Below the pieces are notes generated by a model, which did not search any database, was not told the origin of the DNA, and worked only from the letters and a program-made list of their open reading frames with translations. Position numbers and translations under genes: made by a program. This document shows positions 17,984-27,698 of a stretch of 52,079 nucleotides of DNA, piece after piece; position 1 is the stretch's first letter, and each line of letters opens with the position of its first letter. Origin of the DNA: Candidatus Saccharimonadota bacterium (lineage in GTDB: Bacteria > Patescibacteriota > Saccharimonadia > Saccharimonadales > UBA4665); contig JAYTAB010000013.1 in NCBI GenBank assembly GCA_043737735.1, positions 1-52,079 on the forward strand, in the 5' to 3' direction.

Positions 17984-18133
17984 ATGGTAGGATCAGCAAG
18001 CAGTAGCCAGGACAAGCGTGGACTCAAGAGCGCCAGTAAGGCCACTCGGACGCGGGTCGCTAGGATGGGCGGTGAAGCGTTCCATCAAAAACGAGGCGCC
18101 AAGGGCAGTGACAGTCGTAAAGTGGATGACTAG
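17984..18133 (+). CDS. Small basic stress-protein-like ORF (KGG-repeat type), 49 aa
   Basis: MVGSASSSQDKRGLKSASKATRTRVARMGGEAFHQKRGAKGSDSRKVDD. GGAGGA RBS 5-10 nt upstream and a strong terminator 25 nt downstream. Not in the ORF track because it is under 60 aa. Confidence 0.6.
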   Translation: MVGSASSSQDKRGLKSASKATRTRVARMGGEAFHQKRGAKGSDSRKVDD

Positions 18134-18157
18134 CAGCCCAGCATTTGGTGTGTCTAC

Positions 18158-18186
18158 AATAACCCCGAGTTTCGGGGTTATTTTGT
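18158..18186 (+). terminator. Rho-independent terminator
   Basis: AATAACCCCG-AGTT-CGGGGTTATT perfect 10-bp stem followed by TTTGT. Confidence 0.8.
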
Positions 18187-18241
18187 GGCCGTCATAGGAT
18201 GAATCTGTCATACTACTTATGGTAGAAGCAGTACTCTAGTT

Positions 18242-19972
18242 ATGGAACAGTCAATATTCATACAACTCAGTTGCATTCTTGCCCTTGCGGCAGGGATTTC
18301 GATTACCTTCAAATATTTTCGCCAGCCGCTGATCATTGGCTATATTCTGACTGGTTTTTTGGTCGGACCTTCTTTCTTGGACTTGATAAGCGACCACGCG
18401 GCTTTTTCGTCGTTTAGTCAGATCGGTATCGCACTGTTGTTGTTTGTCATCGGACTCGGGCTGAATGTCGGTATTATTCGGGCCACGGGCAAGCCGGTGC
18501 TGCTCAGTTTCATGGCCGTCATTGCGGCCGTCGGTGCTGCGTCGTATGCCGCGTCGCTGGCTCTTGGCCTTGGCCGTACCGAGAGTGTTGTGTTGAGCGT
18601 GGCGTTGTTGTTTAGTAGTACTATTATCGTTATTACCTCGCTGAGCGATAAGCGTGAACAGAGTAGGTTGTACGGCCAGATTGCTATTGGTATTCTGCTG
18701 GTCGAAGACATCGCCGCCACGGTGGCACTGTTGTTTGTATCGGCGAACGGAGGCAGCGGTGGTCATGATATTTCAAGTGCCGCCAGCTCCAGCTTCGGTA
18801 TGTTGTTGGTACGCGGCCTGGTGCTCGCCGCTGCGCTGATAATATGTGGCGGCTATCTACTGCCACGCACAGTGCATGTTTTCGCGAAGAGTCAAGAGCT
18901 GCTCTACATATTTGCTCTGGCTTGGGCTTTCGGTATCGCCAGCGTTTTTTATTGGTATGGATTCTCGCTGGAAGTCGGTGCGTTGTTCGCGGGAGTCAGT
19001 ATGGCGCACCTGCCGTATGCTCAGGAAGTCAGCCTGCGCCTCAAACCGCTGCGAGATTTCTTTTTGGTGCTGTTTTTTGTCGAGCTTGGGCAAAACCTGA
19101 ACCTTAGCAACCTCAGTTCGGCGATCGTTCCGGCACTCGTACTATCTATGGTCGTGATGATCGTTAAGCCGTTGACTATCCTGACGACTCTCGGCGCACT
19201 GGGCTATACCAAGCAGACCGGCTTTAAATCGGCGGTGCATTTGTCGCAGATTAGCGAATTTTCGATCGTGCTAGTGGTATTGGCTGTCAGTACGGGTATG
19301 ATCAGCCCACGGACGACGACCATCGTGACACTGACAGCGATCATTACTATCATCTGTTCGGCGTACTTGATGAAATACGACGATCAGTTGTACAAACGCT
19401 GGCAAAAACAATTGTCTATTTTCGAACGTAGTCAAACCAGACGCGAAGTTCGCTCGCTCAAAACCTATCCGCTGGTGCTGCTAGGGTATCGCGGCGGTGG
19501 CTATGAGTTCTTACGAACTTTCCGGCAAATGAAGCAACGCTATATTGTCATTGATTACGACCCAGAAGTCATTGAGCACCTCGAACATCAGCATGTTAGC
19601 CACTTGTATGGTGACGTGACTGATTTGGAGCTGTTGAACGAAATCAGTCTGCATAATTCCAAGCTTGTCGTCAGTACGATCACTGATATTAATGCGAATT
19701 TGTTGCTTATACAACACATAATGGGCCATGGCAAAGAAACGATTTTCGTCTGCCATGCCGCCACAATGGAGGAAGCCGTGTTGCTCTACGAAAAGGGAGC
19801 CTCCTATGTGCTACTGCCGCATTATATTGGAAGTGAGCAGGCTAGCGAGTTTATTCGTCGCAATGGAAGCGACAAGACCGCATTTGATAACTATCGTACT
19901 CGTCACCTGCTCAGTCTGAGCGCTCTGGAGGGCACAGGCATAGGCCGGAGCGTGAAGAAAGCCGCCTCCTAA
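18242..19972 (+). CDS. Cation:proton antiporter (CPA2/Kef-type) with C-terminal RCK/TrkA-N domain
   Basis: About 12 hydrophobic helices, N-terminal PLIIGYILTGFLVGPS, then the Rossmann-like segment LVLLGYRGGGYEF. Confidence 0.85.
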   Translation: MEQSIFIQLSCILALAAGISITFKYFRQPLIIGYILTGFLVGPSFLDLISDHAAFSSFSQIGIALLLFVIGLGLNVGIIRATGKPVLLSFMAVIAAVGAASYAASLALGLGRTESVVLSVALLFSSTIIVITSLSDKREQSRLYGQIAIGILLVEDIAATVALLFVSANGGSGGHDISSAASSSFGMLLVRGLVLAAALIICGGYLLPRTVHVFAKSQELLYIFALAWAFGIASVFYWYGFSLEVGALFAGVSMAHLPYAQEVSLRLKPLRDFFLVLFFVELGQNLNLSNLSSAIVPALVLSMVVMIVKPLTILTTLGALGYTKQTGFKSAVHLSQISEFSIVLVVLAVSTGMISPRTTTIVTLTAIITIICSAYLMKYDDQLYKRWQKQLSIFERSQTRREVRSLKTYPLVLLGYRGGGYEFLRTFRQMKQRYIVIDYDPEVIEHLEHQHVSHLYGDVTDLELLNEISLHNSKLVVSTITDINANLLLIQHIMGHGKETIFVCHAATMEEAVLLYEKGASYVLLPHYIGSEQASEFIRRNGSDKTAFDNYRTRHLLSLSALEGTGIGRSVKKAAS

Positions 19973-20059
19973 ACCGCGTACTAAATCGGGCCCATAGTCT
20001 GTATACTGGGAGTTACGAGCACCAATATATTTCGAACGTATAGTAAGTGAGAGGGATAA

Positions 20060-21166
20060 GTGAGAAGTAAAATACCGAATATGTTGCAATCAATCCGCAG
20101 AATGGCTATGCTCAGATTACTCACGGCTGTTGTCGTCATTGTGGGTGTCGGAGTCGTCGGAAGTTATATTATGGCCACTTCGCTGGTCCAGTCGTCGCAA
20201 GCTGAGAGATTGCAGGAAGTACCCGAACGGACTTTGCTGCGGCCCACTAGCCTAGGTACTGCACCGTATCAGTATGTTGCGTATAGTGGATCATTGTCTC
20301 AGACCCAGGAGTCCACCGGCATCAATCAGTATTTCGCAGCTTTTATGATTAGCGGTAAGGGCTGTACTCCGGCGTGGGGCGGTAGCGGGGCGGCAGGGCT
20401 GACTAGTCAGCGGTCGGCGGAGATAGCATCTGACATTACCAAGCTTCGACAACGTGGCGGGGAAGTCGCGATTTCGTTCGGTGGCGCGGGCGGCGTAGAT
20501 CTTGCGTCGGCTTGTCCGACAGCTACTGCGCTAACGGCTGCATACCAGGATGTTATCAACACCTATGGCTTGAGACGGATTGATTTTGACATAGAGGGCC
20601 TGACGTTGGAGGATACCGTCGGCAATGCGCGACGAGCCGAGGCTATCGCCAGTCTACAGCAGGCCAATCCATATCTAAGGATTTGGGTGACGCTGCCGGT
20701 CCATACCAAAGGCCTGACCGATCCGGGTGTAGCGGTAATCCGAGAGCTGCGTGACCAAGGTGTCGTTATTAGTGGTGTGAATATCATGGCGATGAATTAC
20801 AATATTCGCAGCAAGGATATGGGACGGCAAGCGATTGATGCGTCTCGGGCAACCTTTGGGCAGATGAGGCAGTTGTTCCCACGCAGCGCAGAGGCCGACA
20901 TCTGGAAATCAATCGGAATTACAGTGATGATAGGTCGCAACAACACTGCGCCAGAGACGTTTACGCTTGCCGATGCCCCGAAAGTGCGAGATTTTGCGCT
21001 TCAAAAGGGTGTTGGCATGCTCAGTATGTGGAGTACTGGTCGTGATGCTGATTGCTCGGATACTAGTGTGAATGGTGTGGCTACCGAACCTAGCATATCG
21101 TGCAGTGGCGTCGCTCAGAAGCCCTATCAGTTCCTGCAAGCGTTGACTATTCCAGCCCTCAAATAA
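20060..21166 (+). CDS. Secreted glycoside hydrolase family 18 (chitinase-like)
   Basis: N-terminal signal/anchor and the GH18 catalytic motif LRRIDFDIEG (DxDxE). GAGGGA RBS before the GTG. Confidence 0.7.
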   Translation: MRSKIPNMLQSIRRMAMLRLLTAVVVIVGVGVVGSYIMATSLVQSSQAERLQEVPERTLLRPTSLGTAPYQYVAYSGSLSQTQESTGINQYFAAFMISGKGCTPAWGGSGAAGLTSQRSAEIASDITKLRQRGGEVAISFGGAGGVDLASACPTATALTAAYQDVINTYGLRRIDFDIEGLTLEDTVGNARRAEAIASLQQANPYLRIWVTLPVHTKGLTDPGVAVIRELRDQGVVISGVNIMAMNYNIRSKDMGRQAIDASRATFGQMRQLFPRSAEADIWKSIGITVMIGRNNTAPETFTLADAPKVRDFALQKGVGMLSMWSTGRDADCSDTSVNGVATEPSISCSGVAQKPYQFLQALTIPALK

Positions 21167-21240
21167 GGTGTCTAGTGTTAAATTTGATATATAGGACTAA
21201 AGGCGTTACAATATATTATAATTGTTTTGTAAAGGTAGCT

Positions 21241-22164
21241 ATGAGCGTCTTGAACACGTTATTACTGCGGATTCTCCGGGCCATGAATTATACGATCGTG
21301 TTATACGTAATTGCTGCGGTGGCGGTAGTACTTACGCTGACTAGTCGTACGGCTAGTGAGGCGATAATCGACTTTTGTTTTGGTGGTATAGTGCCGGGTA
21401 CGGATCATGTGTTGGCGCCGGGTGTTGTGATAACGGGAGTAATGGTGGCATTGGGGCTCATCATTGTAGGCGTGTTATCCTCCTGGCTGCTCCGCGTCGT
21501 GGCTGTCAAGCAGGCTATGAAACACGTCGGGCTCACGCTACCGGCGCTGCTAGAACCATCGGAAATCATCGCCGTTCCGGTCGCGGCAGTCTCGGGGTCG
21601 GTCACAAAAACGTCCAGACCTCGTTCGCTCAAGAAAACGACTTCGGTTGCCAGCTCGCATACCTATACTTTGGCTCGATGGTTTGCTGGACTTCTGCGCA
21701 AATCCTCGACCCGGGCTGTTGATTATGCTTGGATAGATCGCGTGCAAACAGCGGTGTTACCGGTTTTACGCGTGATCATGGCGGCCACAATATATTTGTT
21801 TATTTCACTGAAAGGTATCGGTACAGGAACTCTTCGGCTGTTGACCTCGATAATCTTCGCATTCATTGCCATCGTAGCGATCGTTGGTGACTGGCTGGCC
21901 GTCCACATACGGGCATCTGCCAGCAGACTCTGGCGTAAAACAGTTATAACTACTCGGGCTCTGGCGACTTTCGTGCGTGTACAGAGTACGAGATTCTGGC
22001 GCTGGCTGGAACCACGTGCCTCGAGATTCGACACTTGGTTGGAAATACAATATCGAACTGCAGTTACATGGATCAAACAGCAGTTCGGCCGCTCTGAACC
22101 GGCACAAGTTCTAGTGACGATAGCCCGCGAAATCTCCGACACGTTTCGTCAGCTATTCAAATGA
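21241..22164 (+). CDS. Hypothetical multi-pass membrane protein
   Basis: Start placed at internal Met MSVLNTLL. Several hydrophobic helices and an Arg/Trp-rich C-terminal region. Confidence 0.5.
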   Translation: MSVLNTLLLRILRAMNYTIVLYVIAAVAVVLTLTSRTASEAIIDFCFGGIVPGTDHVLAPGVVITGVMVALGLIIVGVLSSWLLRVVAVKQAMKHVGLTLPALLEPSEIIAVPVAAVSGSVTKTSRPRSLKKTTSVASSHTYTLARWFAGLLRKSSTRAVDYAWIDRVQTAVLPVLRVIMAATIYLFISLKGIGTGTLRLLTSIIFAFIAIVAIVGDWLAVHIRASASRLWRKTVITTRALATFVRVQSTRFWRWLEPRASRFDTWLEIQYRTAVTWIKQQFGRSEPAQVLVTIAREISDTFRQLFK

Positions 22165-22351
22165 CTATTCTGCCTGACTCTAAACACGTTCTAAGTCTTG
22201 CATGTACACAGCGTTCTCTGAGAGCCTGACAAAATCAGACGGGCGAATCGAGGGAGGCTACAGCAAAGCTCTGCATACGTTAGACAGATCTGTCGACTAT
22301 TAGCAAATTATTTGGTATACTAATAAGCAATATGGCTAGCAAGAAGCGAAT

Positions 22352-23002
22352 ATGAATCAACAAATGGCCGACAAGATACATACATATTTTTCCAAATTTC
22401 CAAAACGAACCTATGACAAGGGTCAGATTTTGGTGTTTGCCGACGAGACGCCGGAGCACATATTTTATATTACCGAAGGCAAAGTTAGGCAATATGACGT
22501 ATCGTATCGGGGTGATGAGGTTATTGTCAATGTCTTCACTCCACCGGCGTTTTTTCCAATGTCTTGGGCAATCAATCGTACTGAAAATCAATATTTTTAC
22601 AAAACCGAGGAAACAACGGAAGTGTACGTTGTGCCGGTAGATGCCGTTCTAGAATTTATCAAATCCGACCCGGAAGTGCTGTTTGATCTTTTGAGCCGAG
22701 TTTACATAGGTATCGATGGTCTGCTTGGCAGGGTTGTGCATCTGATGTCCGGAACAGCCAAAAGCCGTTTGATGTACGAACTTATCATAGAGTGTCGTCG
22801 CTTTGGTGAAAAGCAGACCGATGGTAGCTTCGTGCTGCGAACCAATGAAGTTGATATTGCGGCGCGCTCTGGTTTGTCCCGCGAAACAGTAAGTCGCGAG
22901 ATTCGTAAAATACAGACCAACGGCCTCGTCAGTGTCGTGCGCGGCGGAATGATTGTCAATGATTTGGCAGCCCTCGAGGCACTACATGGTGCTGAAATCT
23001 AA
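22352..23002 (+). CDS. Crp/Fnr family transcriptional regulator
   Basis: N-terminal cNMP-binding beta-barrel pattern (FYITEGKVRQY) and C-terminal HTH SRETVSREIRKIQTNGLV. Confidence 0.85.
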   Translation: MNQQMADKIHTYFSKFPKRTYDKGQILVFADETPEHIFYITEGKVRQYDVSYRGDEVIVNVFTPPAFFPMSWAINRTENQYFYKTEETTEVYVVPVDAVLEFIKSDPEVLFDLLSRVYIGIDGLLGRVVHLMSGTAKSRLMYELIIECRRFGEKQTDGSFVLRTNEVDIAARSGLSRETVSREIRKIQTNGLVSVVRGGMIVNDLAALEALHGAEI

Positions 23003-23020
23003 TAGCATGTTCGACGAGCG

Positions 23021-23557
23021 CTAGTCTCGATTGAGATCGAATGATTCGATTGATTCGAATATCTGGCCGTTATTGTCAGAATCTGGTTCGGCAAAAGTAG
23101 ACAAATGGATCTGGTCCGGTTGAATGGTAAAAGCGACGTATTTGCCGGCCTTCAGTTGGGCAATCGGCAGACGTCCAGATGTGGTCGACTCTAGGCTGGA
23201 CCCAAACACCGCAATAGATAGAGCACTTATTTTATGACTATCCCGAATCTCGGTGGTCGTTCCATTGATCTGCGCCGTTGTTAGCGACGCTGGTTCATGC
23301 ACGGTAAGCGCAGCTCGATTGTTATGAGTAAGGTTGTTGTATTTTTGAGTGCCAGCCCTGGTCAAAAATGAGATACTAAAATCTTCATTGACTGTGTAGC
23401 TAATTACCACACCGTGTGGGCTGCCGTTCGGTGTGGTAGTAGACAGGATGCCGACTGGATTTTGCCTGAGGAAGTTGTGAATGCGTCTTTCTCTGTCTGA
23501 GAACTTGTTCGGATTGACCGTGGCTAAATCCGTTGCTTTAATGCTCTCGTTAGTCAT
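23021..23557 (-). CDS. Pyridoxamine 5'-phosphate oxidase-like FMN-binding protein
   Basis: FLRQNPVGILSTTTPNGSPHGVVISY...AALTVHE pattern typical of the PNPOx / general stress protein 26 split-barrel family. Confidence 0.7.
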   Translation of the reverse strand: MTNESIKATDLATVNPNKFSDRERRIHNFLRQNPVGILSTTTPNGSPHGVVISYTVNEDFSISFLTRAGTQKYNNLTHNNRAALTVHEPASLTTAQINGTTTEIRDSHKISALSIAVFGSSLESTTSGRLPIAQLKAGKYVAFTIQPDQIHLSTFAEPDSDNNGQIFESIESFDLNRD

Positions 23558-23811
23558 TGCTAACCCCCTTGCTTGCTAGCCCTTAAATATTTTAGTTTCT
23601 GCTCGTCTATGCATCTCTGCAATGCCAGGCGTCACGCGTGGTCTGTGATCGTGCTCAATGCATGATCGTGGGTTGTGATCAGGTCGAGCGCGCACTAATC
23701 TCTACGAGGGTGTAGTATAATAAGTGTTGGTGCGATATAACTACGGTCACGTACGTGGCTCAAGTTTATGCCTGAGATATGCTCGTAGAATACAAACAAA
23801 TAGGAGACAAT

Positions 23812-24372
23812 ATGTCACGACAAACAAAAGACAGACAAAGCAAACAAGACCAGACCGTTACCAAGCTGTGTCGGTCGCTTGCCGTGTTGGCGACCGTTGC
23901 GTTGCTAGCAATCGGCGGGTTGGCATGGTGGGGCTATAATTATACCACCGGAATGGTCAGAACTGAGTTGGCGGCCCAGAAAATATATTTTCCCGTCAAA
24001 GGCAGCCCTAGCTTAGACCCACAGGAATTTCCTGACCTGCAACAGTACGCCGGTCAACTTGTCGATAATGGACCCAAGGCAAAGGCATATGCCAATGGTT
24101 TCATCGGTCGTCATCTCGAGAAAGTAGCTGGCGGCAAAGTGTACGCCGAAGTCAGCGCCGAAGCCAAGAAGGACCCGACGAACGTCAAACTGCAACAGCA
24201 GAAGCAAACACTGTTCCAGGGGGAGACACTGCGCGGTATGTTGCTCGGCAACGGCTTTGCGTTTTGGACCTTCGGTAAGATCGCCCAAGCTGCTGCCGTC
24301 GTCGCCTTCACTGGCGCTGCTTGTTCGGCCGGCTTGGTAGTCGTATTCACCAAACGCTTAGGTAGAAGTTAG
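23812..24372 (+). CDS. Hypothetical membrane protein (N- and C-terminal TM helices)
   Basis: AGGAG RBS before ATG 23812. Helices LAVLATVALLAIGGLAWWG and AAAVVAFTGAACSAGLVVVF. Confidence 0.55.
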   Translation: MSRQTKDRQSKQDQTVTKLCRSLAVLATVALLAIGGLAWWGYNYTTGMVRTELAAQKIYFPVKGSPSLDPQEFPDLQQYAGQLVDNGPKAKAYANGFIGRHLEKVAGGKVYAEVSAEAKKDPTNVKLQQQKQTLFQGETLRGMLLGNGFAFWTFGKIAQAAAVVAFTGAACSAGLVVVFTKRLGRS

Positions 24373-24385
24373 ACCACGGAGATTT

Positions 24386-24985
24386 ATGAGTAAACAGAGG
24401 ACGCTTCCGGAAATATTACCGTACATATTCATAATTGCCGGTGTTATAGGTGCTGTGGCGTCCTTTGTCCTGATGTATGACAAGATACAGATTCTGATCA
24501 ACCCGAACTTCCATCCGTCGTGCAACGTCAATCCGATACTCAGTTGTGGATCGGTCATGAATACCGAGCAGGCAAGTCTGTTTGGGGTGCCAAATACCGT
24601 ATTTGGTTTGATGGCTTTCACGGCTCTGATAACATTCGGTTTCATGCTGGCGGCCGGTGCCAAAGTCCAACGCTGGGTTTGGGTTGTGGCCGAACTAGTA
24701 GCGCTGGTCGGCGTGATCTTCATGCACTACCTATTTTTCCAGGGCGTTTTCCGGATCAACGCGATATGTCCTTGGTGCTTTGTAGTGTGGATGATCACCA
24801 TCCCGACCTTTTGGTATCTAACACTCTATAATCTACGCGAGGGCAACATCCAGCTGCCGCTGCGTCTCACAAGAGTAGGCGACTATCTGCAGAGACACCA
24901 TGGTAATATTTTGACGCTCTGGTATCTCGTGATATTCATGATCCTGCTGACGCACTTCTGGTATTACTGGAAAACCTTGATTTAA
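24386..24985 (+). CDS. Vitamin K epoxide reductase (VKOR) family protein
   Basis: Loop cysteine pair SCNVNPILSCGSV, the CxxC motif in AICPWCFVVW, and 4-5 TM helices. Confidence 0.8.
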   Translation: MSKQRTLPEILPYIFIIAGVIGAVASFVLMYDKIQILINPNFHPSCNVNPILSCGSVMNTEQASLFGVPNTVFGLMAFTALITFGFMLAAGAKVQRWVWVVAELVALVGVIFMHYLFFQGVFRINAICPWCFVVWMITIPTFWYLTLYNLREGNIQLPLRLTRVGDYLQRHHGNILTLWYLVIFMILLTHFWYYWKTLI

Positions 24986-25050
24986 TTTCAAAGTACAGAA
25001 TGCCTAGTACCCTGCTACAAATATTGTGATGTATTTCACTATGCTTCTAG

Positions 25051-25260
25051 CTCCTGAGGCAATACCCCGACAAGGTATACGTCTTCTCCTTTGTATGTAA
25101 GCTCTTCAAAAGGCGAGTACATTGTTACCCTCTAGATATAATCAACACACTGTCTGAACCGGTGCGCAACATACAGTATCTCGAGCAAGTGGCAGAACGG
25201 CTTCCTGAAACGCCTGTTCGGGCTACATGGACAAAGCAGGGACTTTTGATTATATTGTAA
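25051..25260 (+). pseudogene. Start-less coding remnant ending ...PVRATWTKQGLLIIL*
   Basis: 69-codon open frame with no ATG or RBS. Shares a 33-nt in-frame repeat with the stub at 26995-27189. Confidence 0.3.
25222..25254 (+). repeat. Direct repeat copy 1 (GCTACATGGACAAAGCAGGGACTTTTGATTATA)
   Basis: 31/33 identical to 27040-27072, in the same orientation and the same reading frame. Confidence 0.9.
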
Positions 25261-25306
25261 ATGGCGAGGATTTCATCACACGCCGAATATTTATCTCTTA
25301 CGAACT

Positions 25307-25633
25307 ATGTACACACATCAACTAAATAATTTACCACAAGCATTACGGCCAAAAGCCATTTCCTTAGCACCATTAGGGCTTAGTTCATGGTCATTATCAG
25401 TTACTGACACTGTAAGTTTGTTGAATCACTTCGAAGGAAAAGTTGTTTTGGGCGGAGACCTATACATAAAACGGGATACTTCAACATATGTATGGTATGG
25501 CAATTGGTCATACGAACCCGCCAATGCGGTGACCGATCCGCAACAAAGTGTCCAAACAGGATTAGATTATCTGAACTGCCTTCCGGATAAAGACGTGGAC
25601 GTTGTCATAGTCGATTTAGTCATACAGGATTAA
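25307..25633 (+). CDS. Small hypothetical protein (108 aa), island ORF A
   Basis: Intact ORF in the low-GC island. Motif VLGGDLY...WYGNWSYEP. No TM helix or signal peptide. Confidence 0.5.
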   Translation: MYTHQLNNLPQALRPKAISLAPLGLSSWSLSVTDTVSLLNHFEGKVVLGGDLYIKRDTSTYVWYGNWSYEPANAVTDPQQSVQTGLDYLNCLPDKDVDVVIVDLVIQD

Positions 25634-25686
25634 TCTGTTTGGACGATTGCTTAAATTGCATACGCAATAATTAAAAGGATTTACGA

Positions 25687-26070
25687 ATGAACGATGATTT
25701 AGCTGAACACGTCGAAGAATTGAATCTGAAAATCGAAACTACTCAGGATAATGTCGAATTAATGAAATCTTATGCCCCTGATTATTTTATGAGCTTACGG
25801 GCCTACTTGCCCGAACTTCTAAATAACATCAATCATCAATCTGACGGCACTAAAAAATCGAAAATTTTAAAATCTGTCTTTTTGATACAGCGTGAGCTGA
25901 TGGCTTTTAGGGTCGTGGCAGATATGTCGATCGATGACGATTTGTGGGAAATTGCATATGATTTTGATAATGATGACCCGTTAATTTACCCATATCTGCT
26001 TAAAAAAATTAAGGACGGAAGCTATTTGCTTCAAGCAAATCTGGAGCGACCCAATGATAGTACGACTTAA
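25687..26070 (+). CDS. Small acidic hypothetical protein (127 aa), island ORF B
   Basis: AAGGA RBS 7 nt upstream. Asp/Glu-rich and predicted helical. Confidence 0.55.
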   Translation: MNDDLAEHVEELNLKIETTQDNVELMKSYAPDYFMSLRAYLPELLNNINHQSDGTKKSKILKSVFLIQRELMAFRVVADMSIDDDLWEIAYDFDNDDPLIYPYLLKKIKDGSYLLQANLERPNDSTT

Positions 26071-26440
26071 AAAACCAATTATAGGAAAAACGGATAATTA
26101 TGCGTATGTCTGTGAACCTGATAAAAACCATTTCGTATATGCGATCTTACAGACAAAGGGCGCTGATGACCTGGGTTATATGATCAATGTATGGGGACTG
26201 AATACGAACAATACTATTTATGATATCCCCGCTCATTATTTCACAATCGTTGATAAGTCGATTCCTAATGATTGGCAAGAAGGTACGTATGAGGCATACG
26301 GCAAGGAGATCACGATACAAAGTTTTGCAGAGATGGCAGAAGATAAGTACTTTTACGATAAACTCATGAACGAAGATGAAAGGACGGTGCGCATATTCAC
26401 GAAGTATGCTGAACTGTACGAGGATATGGCTGCTAAATAA
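26054..26440 (+). CDS. Small hypothetical protein (128 aa), island ORF C
   Basis: Overlaps ORF B by 17 nt, suggesting translational coupling. Acidic. Confidence 0.55.
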   Translation: MIVRLKKPIIGKTDNYAYVCEPDKNHFVYAILQTKGADDLGYMINVWGLNTNNTIYDIPAHYFTIVDKSIPNDWQEGTYEAYGKEITIQSFAEMAEDKYFYDKLMNEDERTVRIFTKYAELYEDMAAK

Positions 26441-26454
26441 ATAAAGGACTTGTT

Positions 26455-26937
26455 ATGAAACTAGATATTGAGCTTACAAACGATGAGGACAAAGAACTCA
26501 ACCAGGCACTCCAGGATATGATAAAGCACGAGAAGGATATACGAACGGCTGCAGCTAAAGCAATTGACGATAAGGCAGAGCTAGGCTCTGAGTTGTATGA
26601 CTTTTCTCCCGAGTACTGGATAAAAAACTGGAACGACTTAATAGACGAGATACAGAATGGCTACAATTTCGGAATGTACGACTATACTGATTCGCTGACT
26701 TTTAGAGATTTCATCCAATGCTATACTGACATGTTATCGAGCGAACTACGCAAAAAAGTACTGGCACTTGTTGAGCCGGTAGATGATAAATATAGGCTGC
26801 TTACAGACATAACTGATCTAACCCTAGAGGGTAGTGTATCCGCGTATTCAATGCTTTCGTGGTGGCACCGTAGAGTCCCCAAAAAGCTCAATAGTGAGTT
26901 CAAAGCGGATTTAGATTCCTTAACAAGCGGACATTAA
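26455..26937 (+). CDS. Small acidic hypothetical protein (160 aa), island ORF D
   Basis: AAGGA RBS. Starts 14 nt after ORF C. Confidence 0.55.
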   Translation: MKLDIELTNDEDKELNQALQDMIKHEKDIRTAAAKAIDDKAELGSELYDFSPEYWIKNWNDLIDEIQNGYNFGMYDYTDSLTFRDFIQCYTDMLSSELRKKVLALVEPVDDKYRLLTDITDLTLEGSVSAYSMLSWWHRRVPKKLNSEFKADLDSLTSGH

Positions 26938-26994
26938 ATGGATCCCCTAGTCAAGTAGATAACTTTGCCGCCTCTGGTAAATATCAAATGATAA

Positions 26995-27189
26995 CAGGTG
27001 GTTACGGTGGACTCTACAAATCTATCAGGATGCCGGGTAGCTACATGGACAAAGAAAGGACTTTTGATTATACCTAGAGGGCGGCACTGGACTGTGCCAG
27101 GTAAGATGAACGGTTCGCAAGGAGTGTGGGAGGTGACTTTAGACCTAAGTTCTAAAGAAATTACACATTTTATGTTTAAATCATTGTAA
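26995..27189 (+). pseudogene. Start-less coding remnant ...CRVATWTKKGLLIIPRGRHWTVPGKMNGSQGVWEVTLDLSSKEITHFMFKSL*
   Basis: The frame opens just after a TAA stop. It has only a GTG and no RBS. It contains repeat copy 2 in frame and ends 15 nt before ORF E. Confidence 0.35.
27040..27072 (+). repeat. Direct repeat copy 2 (GCTACATGGACAAAGAAAGGACTTTTGATTATA)
   Basis: 31/33 identical to 25222-25254, 1818 bp downstream. Confidence 0.9.
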
Positions 27190-27204
27190 CTAAAGGAGAT
27201 ATAT

Positions 27205-27648
27205 ATGCGATTTGTGTTCATTGAAGTTTCCCCCGCAAACATTCCTGGCATGCGTATTACGAAAGACCAGAATGATAATTTGGCCACCATCAATGATGGC
27301 CCGACAGTGGCTAACACTTACTTTACGTGTGGAGATTTGGTGCTCAACTACAACCAAGAAAGTGGAGAAGTTGTAAGCTTTGATGGCTATCTCCCGTATT
27401 TTGAAACGTTACAAGTTGACCATAAGGCCATGCTGCCAGCGAAAGCGATCCCAGCTAGGCTATTCGTAGGCGACCTGAGTGATAAACCAATCTTTTCGGT
27501 AGAAAAGTTGCCACTACAACTTCTTGGAGGCGGAAATATCATTCACGCTGGACGCGGTAAATCATCCCAGATTCTTAAGCTCAGTGAGGATATTTACATT
27601 GGTCTTAACAATGAGTCTATTACAGACATGTATTTGCGCCTGAGTTAA
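27205..27648 (+). CDS. Small hypothetical protein (147 aa), island ORF E
   Basis: AAGGAG RBS 7 nt upstream of the ATG. Followed by a strong terminator. Confidence 0.55.
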   Translation: MRFVFIEVSPANIPGMRITKDQNDNLATINDGPTVANTYFTCGDLVLNYNQESGEVVSFDGYLPYFETLQVDHKAMLPAKAIPARLFVGDLSDKPIFSVEKLPLQLLGGGNIIHAGRGKSSQILKLSEDIYIGLNNESITDMYLRLS

Positions 27649-27698
27649 GACTACGAGATGGATGCATGTTCCAGTTTGTGGGATGTCGCCCTCCCCTC

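Noticed and set aside
17993-18211. 72-aa minus-strand ORF
   Set aside because: It is antisense to a better-supported plus-strand 49-aa gene (GGAGGA RBS, KGG-like sequence, strong downstream terminator) and runs through that terminator.
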